A program made the translations under genes and the position numbers. This document shows, in pieces, positions 1 through 8,944 of a stretch of 64,000 nucleotides of DNA. Source of the DNA: an uncultured Thermoplasmata archaeon (GTDB taxonomy: Archaea > Thermoplasmatota > Thermoplasmata > Lutacidiplasmatales > UBA184); NCBI GenBank assembly GCA_963749195.1, contig CAVVLX010000010.1:32812-96811 (forward strand). Reading direction: 5' to 3'. Under the pieces are notes generated by a model. That model did not search any database. It had not been told where the DNA came from and saw nothing but the letters and a program-made list of their open reading frames with translations. Position 1 is the first letter of the stretch, and each line of letters opens with the position of its first letter.

Positions 1-32
1 ACACCGAGGCGCGGCCGCGATGGGACCGCCAT
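1..32 (-). CDS. 5' end (about 10 codons) of a further gene continuing the redox operon out of the window; product unknown
   Basis: Minus-strand ATG at 30-32 lies 1 nt after the TGA (34-36) of the upstream gene and reads MAVPSRPRLG. It is too short to classify. Confidence 0.3.
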   Translation of the reverse strand, partial: MAVPSRPRLG

Positions 33-33
33 G

Positions 34-903
34 TCAGATCTCCCGCACGGAGAGGAACCGGGCTACGTCTTGATAACGGAAGACGGGACCGTCTCGGCAG
101 ATGAACTCCGGCCCGAACTGGCAGTGCCCGCACAAACCGATCGCGCACTTCATATTGCGCTCGAGCGAGACGTAGATAGAGCTCTCCCCCACGCCTTTGG
201 CGGTCAATGCCTGGGCCGTGAATTTCATCATGACCTCGGGACCGCAGAGAAAGGCGACGGTCTGAGCCGGATCCACCCGCACGTCGGGAACCCGGGCCGT
301 CACCAAGCCGACGTCCCCATACCAATCCCGTCCGGCCGCGTCCACGGTGGTCTGGAAGCGCAGATCGCTCCGCCCGCGCCACTCTTGGATCTGTCGGTAG
401 TAGACGAGGTCGCGGGGGGTGCGCGCCCCGTAGATGACCTCGATACGGCCGTACCTCTCGCGGTGCCGGAACAGCTCGAGGAGAACCGGTCGAAGGGGCG
501 GGAGTCCGAGCCCACCCGCGACGAGGATCACGTCCTTCCCCTTCGCCGCCTCCAGGGGCCAGCCTTTTCCATACGGTCCGCGAATCCCGATCGCCGCCCC
601 CGGCGTGGCGGCCACGAGCGCGGCCGTAACCTTCCCGGCGGAACGAACGGTGTGGACGAGCTTCTCCGGATGGGCTGGGTCTCCGCTCACGGAGATGGCC
701 GCCTCCCCAATGCCGAAGGCATAGAGCATGTTGAACTGCCCGGGCTGGAAGTCGGCCGGTCGGATCCCCGACGGAGGAGCTAGTTCCAGGGTGACCGTGT
801 CCGCGGTCTCCGCCGTCCTTTGCTCCACGATAAACGGAGTGGGAATCCACGGGCTCGAGCCGGGCGCGGGGCGGCCGAACTCCGGCGAACCGTCAGCGTC
901 CAT
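34..903 (-). CDS. FAD/NAD(P)-binding oxidoreductase subunit with C-terminal [2Fe-2S] cluster (PyrK / HydG / AsrB-like)
   Basis: 289-aa ORF with a ferredoxin-reductase-like fold (VILVAGGLGLPPLRPVL nucleotide loop). C-terminal Cys cluster CAIGLCGHCQ...C. The start overlaps the upstream gene end by 11 nt. Confidence 0.85.
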   Translation of the reverse strand: MDADGSPEFGRPAPGSSPWIPTPFIVEQRTAETADTVTLELAPPSGIRPADFQPGQFNMLYAFGIGEAAISVSGDPAHPEKLVHTVRSAGKVTAALVAATPGAAIGIRGPYGKGWPLEAAKGKDVILVAGGLGLPPLRPVLLELFRHRERYGRIEVIYGARTPRDLVYYRQIQEWRGRSDLRFQTTVDAAGRDWYGDVGLVTARVPDVRVDPAQTVAFLCGPEVMMKFTAQALTAKGVGESSIYVSLERNMKCAIGLCGHCQFGPEFICRDGPVFRYQDVARFLSVREI

Positions 904-1360
904 GGAGATCCAGCAGTTGCAGTCGGGTATGTTCGAGTCGTCCCGCGATCACGGGAAGCAATCGCAGCAAGAAGCGGTATCCGGCCTCCGGGTGGGATGC
1001 GAGCACGTTTCGGAGCCTAGCCGCGGGTATCTCCCAGGTTCGAGTGGCCTTCACGGCCCGGGCGTCGAGCCTCCAAAGGTGTGGCGGGAGCAGCCAGGAC
1101 CATCCCAACACTTCGCCGGGTCCCAGGGTTTGAACGGTCACTACGGGGCGGTCCGGCAACACGATCTCGAGCGCCACTTTCCCCTCGTTGATGAGGATGA
1201 ACCGGTCGGAGGGGTCTCCTTCCTTGAGCAGCCGGCTGCCGGGATCATAGGTTCGCTCGACCGCAGCCGGCGCAATTTCGCGGAGAAAATCCCCTTCCCA
1301 GCCGGCGAAGAACGGGTGAGCGGCCAATCCAGGAGCGTCCCTCATCGCATCTGCGGTCAT
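893..1360 (-). CDS. CAP/CRP-type cyclic-nucleotide-binding-domain protein (155 aa), phosphate-binding cassette degenerate
   Basis: ORF 893..1732 is trimmed to the internal ATG at 1358-1360, which overlaps the upstream TGA (ATGA at 1357-1360). It has a beta-roll sequence (RFILINEGKVALEI, LGPGEVLGWS). The upstream 124 codons of the track ORF overlap the 4Fe-4S gene. Confidence 0.8.
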   Translation of the reverse strand: MTADAMRDAPGLAAHPFFAGWEGDFLREIAPAAVERTYDPGSRLLKEGDPSDRFILINEGKVALEIVLPDRPVVTVQTLGPGEVLGWSWLLPPHLWRLDARAVKATRTWEIPAARLRNVLASHPEAGYRFLLRLLPVIAGRLEHTRLQLLDLHGR

Positions 1361-2508
1361 GGGGAGACCCGCCTCTCGGCGATCGGCCGGGAGGGCTGGC
1401 GGAGCGCAGCCACCTCTTCCGTTAGGTCGATTCCCACGGGGCACCACGTAATGCATCGTCCGCATCCCACGCAGCCCGATTCGGCGAACTGGTCGTGCCA
1501 GGTCCCCAACTTGTGGGTGAGCCACTGACGGTACCGAGATTGGACACTCGCGCGCACGCTGGTGCCGTGTACCGCGCTGAAACCGGAGTTGAAACAAGAG
1601 TCCCACCGACGCCATCGCTCGACCGTATCGCCCGAAAGGTCCGGGACCTCTTCGGTGGTCTGGCAGAAGCACGTCGGGCAGGCCATTGTGCAGTTCGTGC
1701 ACGAAAGGCAACGGGCCGCCACGATACCCCAACGCGGATGTTCCGGGTTGTTGACCAAAAGGTCACGGAGCCCGGTGGGGTCCATCGTACGCCCCATCGA
1801 AGCGGCAGTGCGATCCACGATCCCTTTCACTGTCTCGACATCCTCGTTCGAGGCCGGTTCGATTGGAATTCCCTTGAGGATCGCCGACCCGGCGGGGGAA
1901 CCCGCCTCCACGAGAAAGAAATGACGGTCCGGTCTAAGCACCTCGGTCAGGACAAGGTCGTGGCCGGTGCGCACCCCGGGGCCAGTGCCCATCGACACGC
2001 AAAAGCAGGTATTGCCGGCTTGGCCGCATTGCACGGCGATCCGGAAAATTCGACGGCGGCGCGCAGCGTAGCTCGGATCCCCGGCTTTTCCGAACACGTG
2101 GTCCGAAACATCCATCGCCGCGAGTTCGCAGGCGCGGACCCCGAGGAAAGCGAGTGGCTTCCCCTCGAGCGGTTCGGGCTGGACCTCGAAGGAGCCTCCC
2201 TTGCGCGCGGCCGTCCAGAGTCGCTCGCGCGACGGGAACAGGTACTTTTTCCAACTGTGGGGACCCACGTTGTAACCGAAGAGTGCCGCGTCCGCCCTTC
2301 GCTCGAGACGATATCGACCGGCTTCCTGCCGATCGGTCCATCCGATCGGCAAGTCGGTCTCTTGGTGGATATCGCCGTACACGATCGCGCCGTCCCGCAC
2401 CGTGGGCCCCACCACGCGATAGCCCGCCTGCTGAAGCGCGGAGAGCAGGCTCGAAAAGTCGGAGCGCTCGAGCCGGTAGTGATTTCTCTCCTCCGGCGTT
2501 CCGTCCAT
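1357..2508 (-). CDS. 4Fe-4S dicluster protein, HydB / AsrA-like beta subunit
   Basis: 383-aa ORF with two ferredoxin-type motifs, CLSCTNCTMACPTCFC and CVGCGRCITWCP. It is the first gene of a codon-overlapping three-gene unit. Confidence 0.85.
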   Translation of the reverse strand: MDGTPEERNHYRLERSDFSSLLSALQQAGYRVVGPTVRDGAIVYGDIHQETDLPIGWTDRQEAGRYRLERRADAALFGYNVGPHSWKKYLFPSRERLWTAARKGGSFEVQPEPLEGKPLAFLGVRACELAAMDVSDHVFGKAGDPSYAARRRRIFRIAVQCGQAGNTCFCVSMGTGPGVRTGHDLVLTEVLRPDRHFFLVEAGSPAGSAILKGIPIEPASNEDVETVKGIVDRTAASMGRTMDPTGLRDLLVNNPEHPRWGIVAARCLSCTNCTMACPTCFCQTTEEVPDLSGDTVERWRRWDSCFNSGFSAVHGTSVRASVQSRYRQWLTHKLGTWHDQFAESGCVGCGRCITWCPVGIDLTEEVAALRQPSRPIAERRVSP

Positions 2509-2634
2509 TTGGGCTCCTCTACGAGTGCGAGTTCTTCCTCGGGTCCGCCCCCGGAGAGCCTCGAGCCTCTATAGGACTCGCCTGCGCCGAGGACCGCGCC
2601 GGGACCCGTGCTCGATGCGCGCCTCTCACTCCAA

Positions 2635-3063
2635 TCAAGGGGCTTTGGACGGTCGGGTGATGCTGGACCCGCTGCTCTTTTCGAAGTCCTCCACGCGCAC
2701 GCGATCGGCTCTTCCGGCTTCGCGTAGACGGTCGAGTTCCGCCTGCCACTTCTCCGCCACTTTGGCCGAGAACGCCGAAGGAATGCTGGAACGAACGTAG
2801 CCTTCCTCGAAATCGTGCCAGGCCCGCTCCGCTCTGCACTCTTGAGCCAACGTCAGACCGAGCAATGCGCGATATCCCAGAACTCCCGCCTCATAGCCGC
2901 GGAGCATGACGCGCACGGTAGCCCACCGAACGCGAGCATGTTCGTAGTCGGACAGGAGTTGGCCCAACACCAGACGGGCCGCTTCTTGCTTCCCAGATTC
3001 CACGTTCGCCATCTCGAGAAGGTGCAGGTGCACATCGTGCAGTTCCTGCAGGTACCGATCCAT
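2635..3063 (-). CDS. hypothetical helical protein (possibly the C-terminal part of the gene at 3084..3425)
   Basis: ORF 2635..3156 is trimmed to the ATG at 3061-3063 (MDRYLQELHDVHLHLLEM...). The composition is protein-like and I recognise no family. Confidence 0.35.
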   Translation of the reverse strand: MDRYLQELHDVHLHLLEMANVESGKQEAARLVLGQLLSDYEHARVRWATVRVMLRGYEAGVLGYRALLGLTLAQECRAERAWHDFEEGYVRSSIPSAFSAKVAEKWQAELDRLREAGRADRVRVEDFEKSSGSSITRPSKAP

Positions 3064-3083
3064 GAGGGCCAGTCCTTCGTGGA

Positions 3084-3425
3084 TCACCGCAGGGGTACAT
3101 CCTCGTCGCGCAAGAGCTGGGTCGCAAAGGCGTCCAGTCGAGTGAGAAGGGGCCACAGGATCAAATCGTGCTCCCTTTTGAGTCCGAGTTGAAGTCGGGC
3201 GACGAGCTCCGCCGAGGGTACGCTCCGCGTATCTTCGCGGGCGGAAAGGGTGAGAGATGTATGACGGATTCGTCGCTTCAATCGGGCGAGGGCCCGACGC
3301 GCCGCGTTAAGGTCGTGATGGAACGCTTCGCTCAACGTTCCGTCGCCAGTCGTTGGCTTGGATTTCCGGGGTTCCGTTATCCCGAAGGACTCCGCGTCGA
3401 CCTCTTTGTGTCGGAATGCTAACAT
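3084..3425 (-). CDS. hypothetical protein with hemerythrin-HHE-like motifs
   Basis: ORF 3084..3506 is trimmed to the ATG at 3423-3425, which has a weak TATA-like TGATAG about 26 nt upstream. Motifs are FHHDLNAARRAL and KREHDLILWPLL. Confidence 0.35.
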   Translation of the reverse strand: MLAFRHKEVDAESFGITEPRKSKPTTGDGTLSEAFHHDLNAARRALARLKRRIRHTSLTLSAREDTRSVPSAELVARLQLGLKREHDLILWPLLTRLDAFATQLLRDEDVPLR

Positions 3426-3652
3426 AGGTGAGTCATCGACGGCCACGCTATCAACTGCTTCGTCAAGGAGGATTGACGTGGGGTCGGGTCCCGGGCGCCA
3501 CTCCAAAGTCGCCCATTTTCAGAATCCCAGTCCGATGAGCGGAAGTGCGCCAACGCCCACCCCGGCGCGCGTGTTGGCGCGTACGACGGCTCGAGTCTCG
3601 GTAGGCCGGGGACCTCCGACAACCCTGCTCAAGTAGGGTTGACCTTGACCCC

Positions 3653-3658
3653 TAATAT
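3653..3658 (+). promoter_or_regulatory. TATA-like box (TAATAT) about 26 nt upstream of the ATG at 3681
   Basis: A/T hexamer in a GC-rich context. The spacing matches six other start codons in this window. Confidence 0.3.
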
Positions 3659-3680
3659 GGCGCAGGGCAGTTTCCGGAGC

Positions 3681-4235
3681 ATGTCCGAACCGCTCACCAG
3701 CGACCTATTGCGACCCTATCTCGTCGAGGATCTAATGACGAGGCACGTCTACACGGCGCGACCGGGCGAGAGCCTGATGTCTGCCGCCCAGACCATGCGG
3801 AGCCACCATATCTCGGGGCTGCCGGTGGTGAATCCTCCTGATCGAGTCGTGGGGGTGCTCAGCGAAAAAGACATTGTGGGCACGCTTGACCGACAGGTGG
3901 GAATCGGTCACGCGCGGGGGATCCTCGATATCCTTCTCGCGAGTTATGGACCCAAGCGGAAGGATATCCTCGAGCGCTCGGTGGGTGCTCTGCTCAATGG
4001 AGTGGTACGTGACGCGATGTCCCATCCGGCTGTCACGGTAGAGTTCGATGCCTCCCTCGGCGAAGCGTGGCGTCTTCTAGGACAATATTCGGTCAACCGG
4101 CTTCCCGTGGTCCGCAACGAGGTGCTGGCCGGAATTATCACGCGTCAGGATGTTCTCGAAATTCTGCGGAAGGAGACCCCCGCAGCTCCTGCTCGCCGTC
4201 GCGGGCGCTCCCGGGGGAAGAGCGCCTCCGCGTGA
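3681..4235 (+). CDS. CBS-domain pair protein
   Basis: Two CBS repeats (DLMTRHVYTARPGESL...HHISGLPVVN; VRDAMSHPAVTVEFDASL...NRLPVV). The start at 3681 is preferred because of the TATA spacing. Alternative starts are TTG 3639 and ATG 3657. Confidence 0.8.
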   Translation: MSEPLTSDLLRPYLVEDLMTRHVYTARPGESLMSAAQTMRSHHISGLPVVNPPDRVVGVLSEKDIVGTLDRQVGIGHARGILDILLASYGPKRKDILERSVGALLNGVVRDAMSHPAVTVEFDASLGEAWRLLGQYSVNRLPVVRNEVLAGIITRQDVLEILRKETPAAPARRRGRSRGKSASA

Positions 4236-5881
4236 CCGTGAAGTCTCCTGGCGTGCGGCCCATCACGGAGGTTGCCCGCGACCTCGGCCTCTCGCCCGCC
4301 GAGATGGTCCCCGCCGGACGGGGCGTCCTCAAAGTGCCGGTTCGGTTGGTCCGATCCTTGGCCGATCGAGGGCGTCGAGGCCACCTCGTCCTCGTCAGTG
4401 CGATGACCCCGACCGAGCATGGCGAAGGCAAGACGGTGGTCACCATTGGCCTCGCGATGGCTCTCGAGCGATTGGGCCACCGCGCCGTCGCCTGCCTTCG
4501 ACAACCTTCGCTGGGTCCGGTCTTTGGGGTGAAGGGGGGTGCCTCGGGCGGCGGTTTCGCGACGGTCGAGCCACGACCCGCCATCGATCTCGGCCTTACC
4601 GGGGACCTGGACGCCATCACGAATGCGCAGAACCTGCTCGCCTCCCTGGTCGACCACCACATCTACTGGGGCTCCAGCCCCGAAATCAGCGCCGGCCCTA
4701 CCGAGCTCCCTCGCGCCTCCGTCATGGAGGATCGCTCGCTACGTTCCATCACGGCCGGCCTTTCCCAGCCGTCTCACGGCTTTCCTCGGCCGGCGTCGTT
4801 CGTCGTCAGTGCAGCGTCGGAGACAGCCGCGATTCATGCGCTGGCCCGCGACTATGCCGACTTGAAGGATCGATTTGGACGGATCTTGATCGGTCGGACG
4901 TCCTCTGGGACGCCGATCCGGGCCACCGATATCCACGCCGCGGGCTGCACGGCGGCTCTCCTCGCCAGTGCCCTCGAACCGAATCTTGTCCAGACCGCGG
5001 AAGGAACGGCCGCCTTCGTTCACGGAATTCCCTACGCCAATGTCGCCCACGGCACGTGCAGCCGCCTCGCGATCGAGGCTGGCCTCGCGCTCTCCGATTT
5101 CTGCGTCGTCGAGGCCGGTTTCTCGACCGAGCTCGGCGCCGAAAAATACGTCGACCTCGTCGCGGCGGGGACCGGCCTCGAGGCGAGCGCAGCGGTCATT
5201 GTAGCCACGGTCCGCGCCCTGCGGTACCACGGAGGGTCCGCCGCCGATGGGCCGCCGTCCGCCGAAGCGGTGAGTCGCGGACTCACGAATCTCGATCAGC
5301 ATGTCGAAAATCTCCGAACGCTCGGCCTCGACCCGGTGGTGGTTTTGAATCGGTTCCCCACGGATTCTGAGGAGGAGATTCGATGTCTCGAGCAACACTG
5401 CGCTGATCACAACGTCACCTTTGCGATCGATACCGCCTTTGCCGATGGCGGAAAAGGTTCGGAAGCGGTGGCCCAACTCGTGGTGGCTGCGGCCAGTCGG
5501 GGCCAGAAGACGCACCCCTTGTACGGACCATCGACTCCGGTCGAGACTGTGCTCGACACGGTGGCGACGAAGCTCTACGGAGCGGACGGCGTCGACCTGA
5601 GCCCCGCGGCCGTGGCGGATTTGGAATGGATCCGAGCGATGGGGGAGGAGGCCGGACCGGTGTGCATTGCAAAGACGCCGCGTTCGCTCTCCGACGACCC
5701 GCATCGGCGTGGCCGGCCGAGCGGGTTCCGAGTCCAGGTCCATCGGCTGGAGCGTTGGTCGGGTGCCGGGTTCACCGTAGCCCTCTTGGGGGGCATCGTC
5801 ACGATGCCCGGCCTTCCGGAACATCCAGCGGCCGCCTCGATCGACATCACTCCGGACGGGCGGGTGGTCGGTGTTCTATAG
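4232..5881 (+). CDS. fhs: formate--tetrahydrofolate ligase
   Basis: Full-length match in character to FTHFS, with P-loop TPTEHGEGKTVVTIGL and a length of ~549 aa from GTG 4232. The GTG overlaps the CBS stop (GTGA); GTG 4238 is an alternative. The upstream part of track ORF 4067.. overlaps the CBS gene. Confidence 0.9.
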   Translation: MTVKSPGVRPITEVARDLGLSPAEMVPAGRGVLKVPVRLVRSLADRGRRGHLVLVSAMTPTEHGEGKTVVTIGLAMALERLGHRAVACLRQPSLGPVFGVKGGASGGGFATVEPRPAIDLGLTGDLDAITNAQNLLASLVDHHIYWGSSPEISAGPTELPRASVMEDRSLRSITAGLSQPSHGFPRPASFVVSAASETAAIHALARDYADLKDRFGRILIGRTSSGTPIRATDIHAAGCTAALLASALEPNLVQTAEGTAAFVHGIPYANVAHGTCSRLAIEAGLALSDFCVVEAGFSTELGAEKYVDLVAAGTGLEASAAVIVATVRALRYHGGSAADGPPSAEAVSRGLTNLDQHVENLRTLGLDPVVVLNRFPTDSEEEIRCLEQHCADHNVTFAIDTAFADGGKGSEAVAQLVVAAASRGQKTHPLYGPSTPVETVLDTVATKLYGADGVDLSPAAVADLEWIRAMGEEAGPVCIAKTPRSLSDDPHRRGRPSGFRVQVHRLERWSGAGFTVALLGGIVTMPGLPEHPAAASIDITPDGRVVGVL

Positions 5882-5897
5882 GACGCCCGGGGCGTCC
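5881..5897 (+). terminator. GC hairpin directly after the fhs stop (GGACGCC-cgg-GGCGTCC)
   Basis: Perfect 7-bp stem with a 3-nt loop, beginning at the last base of the stop codon. No T-run follows, so a terminator function is uncertain. Confidence 0.25.
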
Positions 5898-6024
5898 GTT
5901 GACCGATAGCAAAGGCACAAGAGACACCATGACCGCGGGATCGGACAGCGTCTCTTGACCGGCCGGCACAGGGCCGATGCCACCTTTTAGCCGCGTACAG
6001 TGAAGGCGGGAAGAGGTACCTTCC

Positions 6025-7404
6025 ATGGTGGGCAAGAATCGTCGACGAACCGTGGAGACTCGGATCGAGTCGCGGCGCGATCGGACTCGAGCGGGCAAGG
6101 CGCGTCGGCGCCAGGTTCCTCGGTCGAGCCACGCCGCGTGGTCCCCCCCACGGGACCGGCCGGATCCGATCGCGCTGTTGGAAGAATCCAATCGGGAGCG
6201 CGTCCCCCGGCTCGTGCCGATTCGGTTCGGACGGATGTCGCTCTCCCCGTTCGCCTTTCTTCGGGGATCCGCCAGCGTCATGGCCCGGGATCTCGCGGGG
6301 ACCCCCCAATCTGGTTTTCGCGTGCAGCTCGGGGGCGACGCGCACCTAAGCAACTTCGGGATTTTTGGCACTCCCGAGCGAAACGAAGTCTTCGACCTCA
6401 ACGATTTTGACGAGACCTTACCCGGTCCGTGGGAGTGGGACATCAAGCGGCTAGCGGTCAGCCTCGTGGTAGCGGGGCGGCAGAACGGGTTTCCCGTCGA
6501 AGTGAACCGGCGTGCGGCCCTTCGGGCCGTCCGTTCGTATCGACAGTGGATGAATGCGTTCGCGGCGATGCGGTATCTTGACATCTGGTACTCGCACCTG
6601 GATCCCCTGAACGTTTCCTCTCAGGTCGCCCGTCGGGCGCGCAAGGCGATCGACGGATATGCCGTGGCCGCGAAGTCCCGGACGGGTCTGCACGTCGTTC
6701 CGAAGCTGACGCGTCGGGTCGGAGCCCGGTATCGAATCCACGACCAGCCCCCGCTGATCGTGCACTATTCGAATCAAAAGGAGACCCAAGTCTCGCACGC
6801 TTTTTTCGATCTGTATCTCAAAAGCCTTCCCGACGAGCGGCGGATGGTCCTCGACCGTTACCATCCGGTCGATGTCGCTCAAAAAGTGGTGGGCGTCGGG
6901 AGCGTCGGCACCCAGTGCTCGATCCTTCTGCTCGAAGGCGATCGCGATACCGACGATCCGTTGTTGCTCCAGATCAAGCAAGCGCTGCCCTCTGCGCTCG
7001 AGCCCTTTGCCGGAGCGAGCCGATACGCGAATCACGCCGAGCGCGTCGTCGTGGGGCAGCACCTGATCCAGGAATCCAGCGATATCTTCCTCGGGTGGGG
7101 GTCCATCGGCGAGCGCGATTATTATGTCCGCCAGCTGCGCGACCTCAAGTTCGCGGCGGATCCCGCCGCGATGGGCCCGAAGCTCCTGACCGGCCATGGC
7201 GAGCTCTGTGCGGCGGCGTTGGCGCGTGCGCATGCTCGGACCGGCGATCCCGCCCGCATCGCCGGTTATCTCGGAACCAAGGAGGTGTTCGACCAGGCCG
7301 TGATGCGGTTCGCCGAATCGTATGCGGACCAGACCCGACGAGATCACGCCGCATTGCTCCGAGCCATCCGACGGGGACGCGTGAAAGCGACCGTCGACGT
7401 GTGA
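6025..7404 (+). CDS. DUF2252-family protein
   Basis: 459-aa ORF. N-terminal region RVPRLVPIRFGRMSLSPFAFLRGSA, GGDAHLSNFG and NDFDETLPGPWEWD read like DUF2252. Confidence 0.8.
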   Translation: MVGKNRRRTVETRIESRRDRTRAGKARRRQVPRSSHAAWSPPRDRPDPIALLEESNRERVPRLVPIRFGRMSLSPFAFLRGSASVMARDLAGTPQSGFRVQLGGDAHLSNFGIFGTPERNEVFDLNDFDETLPGPWEWDIKRLAVSLVVAGRQNGFPVEVNRRAALRAVRSYRQWMNAFAAMRYLDIWYSHLDPLNVSSQVARRARKAIDGYAVAAKSRTGLHVVPKLTRRVGARYRIHDQPPLIVHYSNQKETQVSHAFFDLYLKSLPDERRMVLDRYHPVDVAQKVVGVGSVGTQCSILLLEGDRDTDDPLLLQIKQALPSALEPFAGASRYANHAERVVVGQHLIQESSDIFLGWGSIGERDYYVRQLRDLKFAADPAAMGPKLLTGHGELCAAALARAHARTGDPARIAGYLGTKEVFDQAVMRFAESYADQTRRDHAALLRAIRRGRVKATVDV

Positions 7405-7424
7405 AACGTCGTCGCGGTTCGTGG

Positions 7425-8000
7425 CTATAAGAAAAACCAAATCCAGGCAAAGACGAGCACCGCGCTCCAAATGAAGAGGAATGCGATCGGAAGGATCTCG
7501 GTCAGGATTTCCGGGTTCACTCGATCCATCCACGAGATCGAATGGGACGAAGAGAACCGCTCGCGGTGCGTCTGGTAGGGGAGCAAGAGATTGACCGTCA
7601 GCGTCTCACGGGATCGTAGGGTAACGGGCGCTGGCAGGGCTCCTTCAAGGGGGGGCTGGGTCTCCTCGAGTCGCCATGCGGCCTCCCGCCACAAGTCCTG
7701 CGCGTCATTCGTTCGATGGAGGAGGATCGCCCACACCACGGAGATCAGGATTCCGATCGCCGCGAGATACGTCGCAATCGCCGCGAGGACCGCGCGCTGG
7801 CTCGAGAGATCAGCGATGGCCACGACCACCGCCGTGACCAGCACGCTCCCGATGGCGGCGTAATAGGCCGTTCGCCCCGCCGCGAGCTGACCTTCCTCGG
7901 CGGCCAAACGTTCGTACTTGTCGTGGAGCCATTTCCGATCCTCCAGACTCAGATTCGTAGGAATCACTGGCGACGTTGGCGGAAGCCCGAGGGGTTTCAC
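7425..8000 (-). CDS. hypothetical membrane protein
   Basis: 191-aa ORF with hydrophobic helices (YYAAIGSVLVTAVVVAIA, AAIATYLAAIGILISVVWAILL, ILPIAFLFIWSAVLVFAWIWFFL). Confidence 0.55.
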   Translation of the reverse strand: MKPLGLPPTSPVIPTNLSLEDRKWLHDKYERLAAEEGQLAAGRTAYYAAIGSVLVTAVVVAIADLSSQRAVLAAIATYLAAIGILISVVWAILLHRTNDAQDLWREAAWRLEETQPPLEGALPAPVTLRSRETLTVNLLLPYQTHRERFSSSHSISWMDRVNPEILTEILPIAFLFIWSAVLVFAWIWFFL

Positions 8001-8116
8001 GCGTCGGGCACGGATGGTCGGTCGTTTAGCTCTGGCGTTCCACGGTCGAGCGAGCCAGTGCTTCCCGGGTCAATCACGCCGCAGTATCCTCGGCTTCCTT
8101 GGGAGACTCGGCGGAT

Positions 8117-8944
8117 CTACCGAGGTCGACGGCGGATCGTCGGCGGAGGTCGCGAAGAAGGGCGACGGCTCGGGAATCGATCCTTTCTCGAACCCTTGCG
8201 GAGCTTCCAGATTACTTCGAGCGGCCAATGACGTCCCCAGGCCTGCATGGATCGGGTCAGGTAGGTGCTTTGGCCACGCTGGGGGGCCTGGGGTTCGAGG
8301 AGAATTTCCACCGAGAGCCGATTCGCGGAAAAGAGGCGAACCCATTCTCCGTACGTCAACTGATACTCGTACGTTTCGCGAGAGCGCATCTCGTGCATCC
8401 CAAAATAATCGAAGCGCAGTTGACGCCCGATTCGGTCACTCCTCCGGTCATGTACGAGATTCATGAAAGGGCTCGGATGGGCGAAGACTAGCAACCCTCC
8501 ATCGCGGAGAAGTCGAGACGCCTCCGGGATCGTGTGGAAGGGGTCGGTGAAGGCGGTGGCGCCGTAATCGGAGAAGACGATATCGAAGCTCGTGGAACGG
8601 CAGGGGACTTGGTCCGAACTCGCCTCGATCAGGGGGAAGTCCACCCCCGCGTCCCGCATTAGGGCTCGAGCTTGCATCAGTCGCTTCGGCGATACGTCTA
8701 GTCCCGTAACCCGGGCCCCATCTTGGGCGAGCGCTATCGACCATCGGGCGGCGCCGCAACCGAGCTCCAAGATGTCCTTCCCTCGAACGTCCTCTAGCAG
8801 TCGGACTTCTTTCTCGGGAATTCGCCAAACCCCCCAGGCTTTGGCTCGCCCACCCCGTAGGGCGCGGGAATGAAGGTTCTCGTACCAATCCGCGCTGCGG
8901 TCCCAGAACGCGCGATTCGTCCGATACTTGCGCGAGAGCTTCAA
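8117..8944 (-). CDS. class I SAM-dependent methyltransferase
   Basis: Motif I DILELGCGAARWS and GARVTGLDVS. No ATG or GTG lies upstream of the domain. The TTG at 8942-8944 overlaps the GNAT stop (TTGA). The long 468-aa track ORF is rejected because its N-terminus overlaps the GNAT gene. Confidence 0.7.
   Translation of the reverse strand: MKLSRKYRTNRAFWDRSADWYENLHSRALRGGRAKAWGVWRIPEKEVRLLEDVRGKDILELGCGAARWSIALAQDGARVTGLDVSPKRLMQARALMRDAGVDFPLIEASSDQVPCRSTSFDIVFSDYGATAFTDPFHTIPEASRLLRDGGLLVFAHPSPFMNLVHDRRSDRIGRQLRFDYFGMHEMRSRETYEYQLTYGEWVRLFSANRLSVEILLEPQAPQRGQSTYLTRSMQAWGRHWPLEVIWKLRKGSRKDRFPSRRPSSRPPPTIRRRPR

Noticed and set aside
4739-5824. 361-aa ORF on the minus strand opposite fhs.
   Set aside because: It lies entirely antisense to a confidently identified conserved gene. 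Its Arg/Gly/Pro-rich composition is typical of shadow ORFs in GC-rich DNA.
6451-7533. 360-aa minus-strand ORF opposite the DUF2252 gene.
   Set aside because: It is a shadow ORF antisense to a full-length family member. Its composition is not protein-like.
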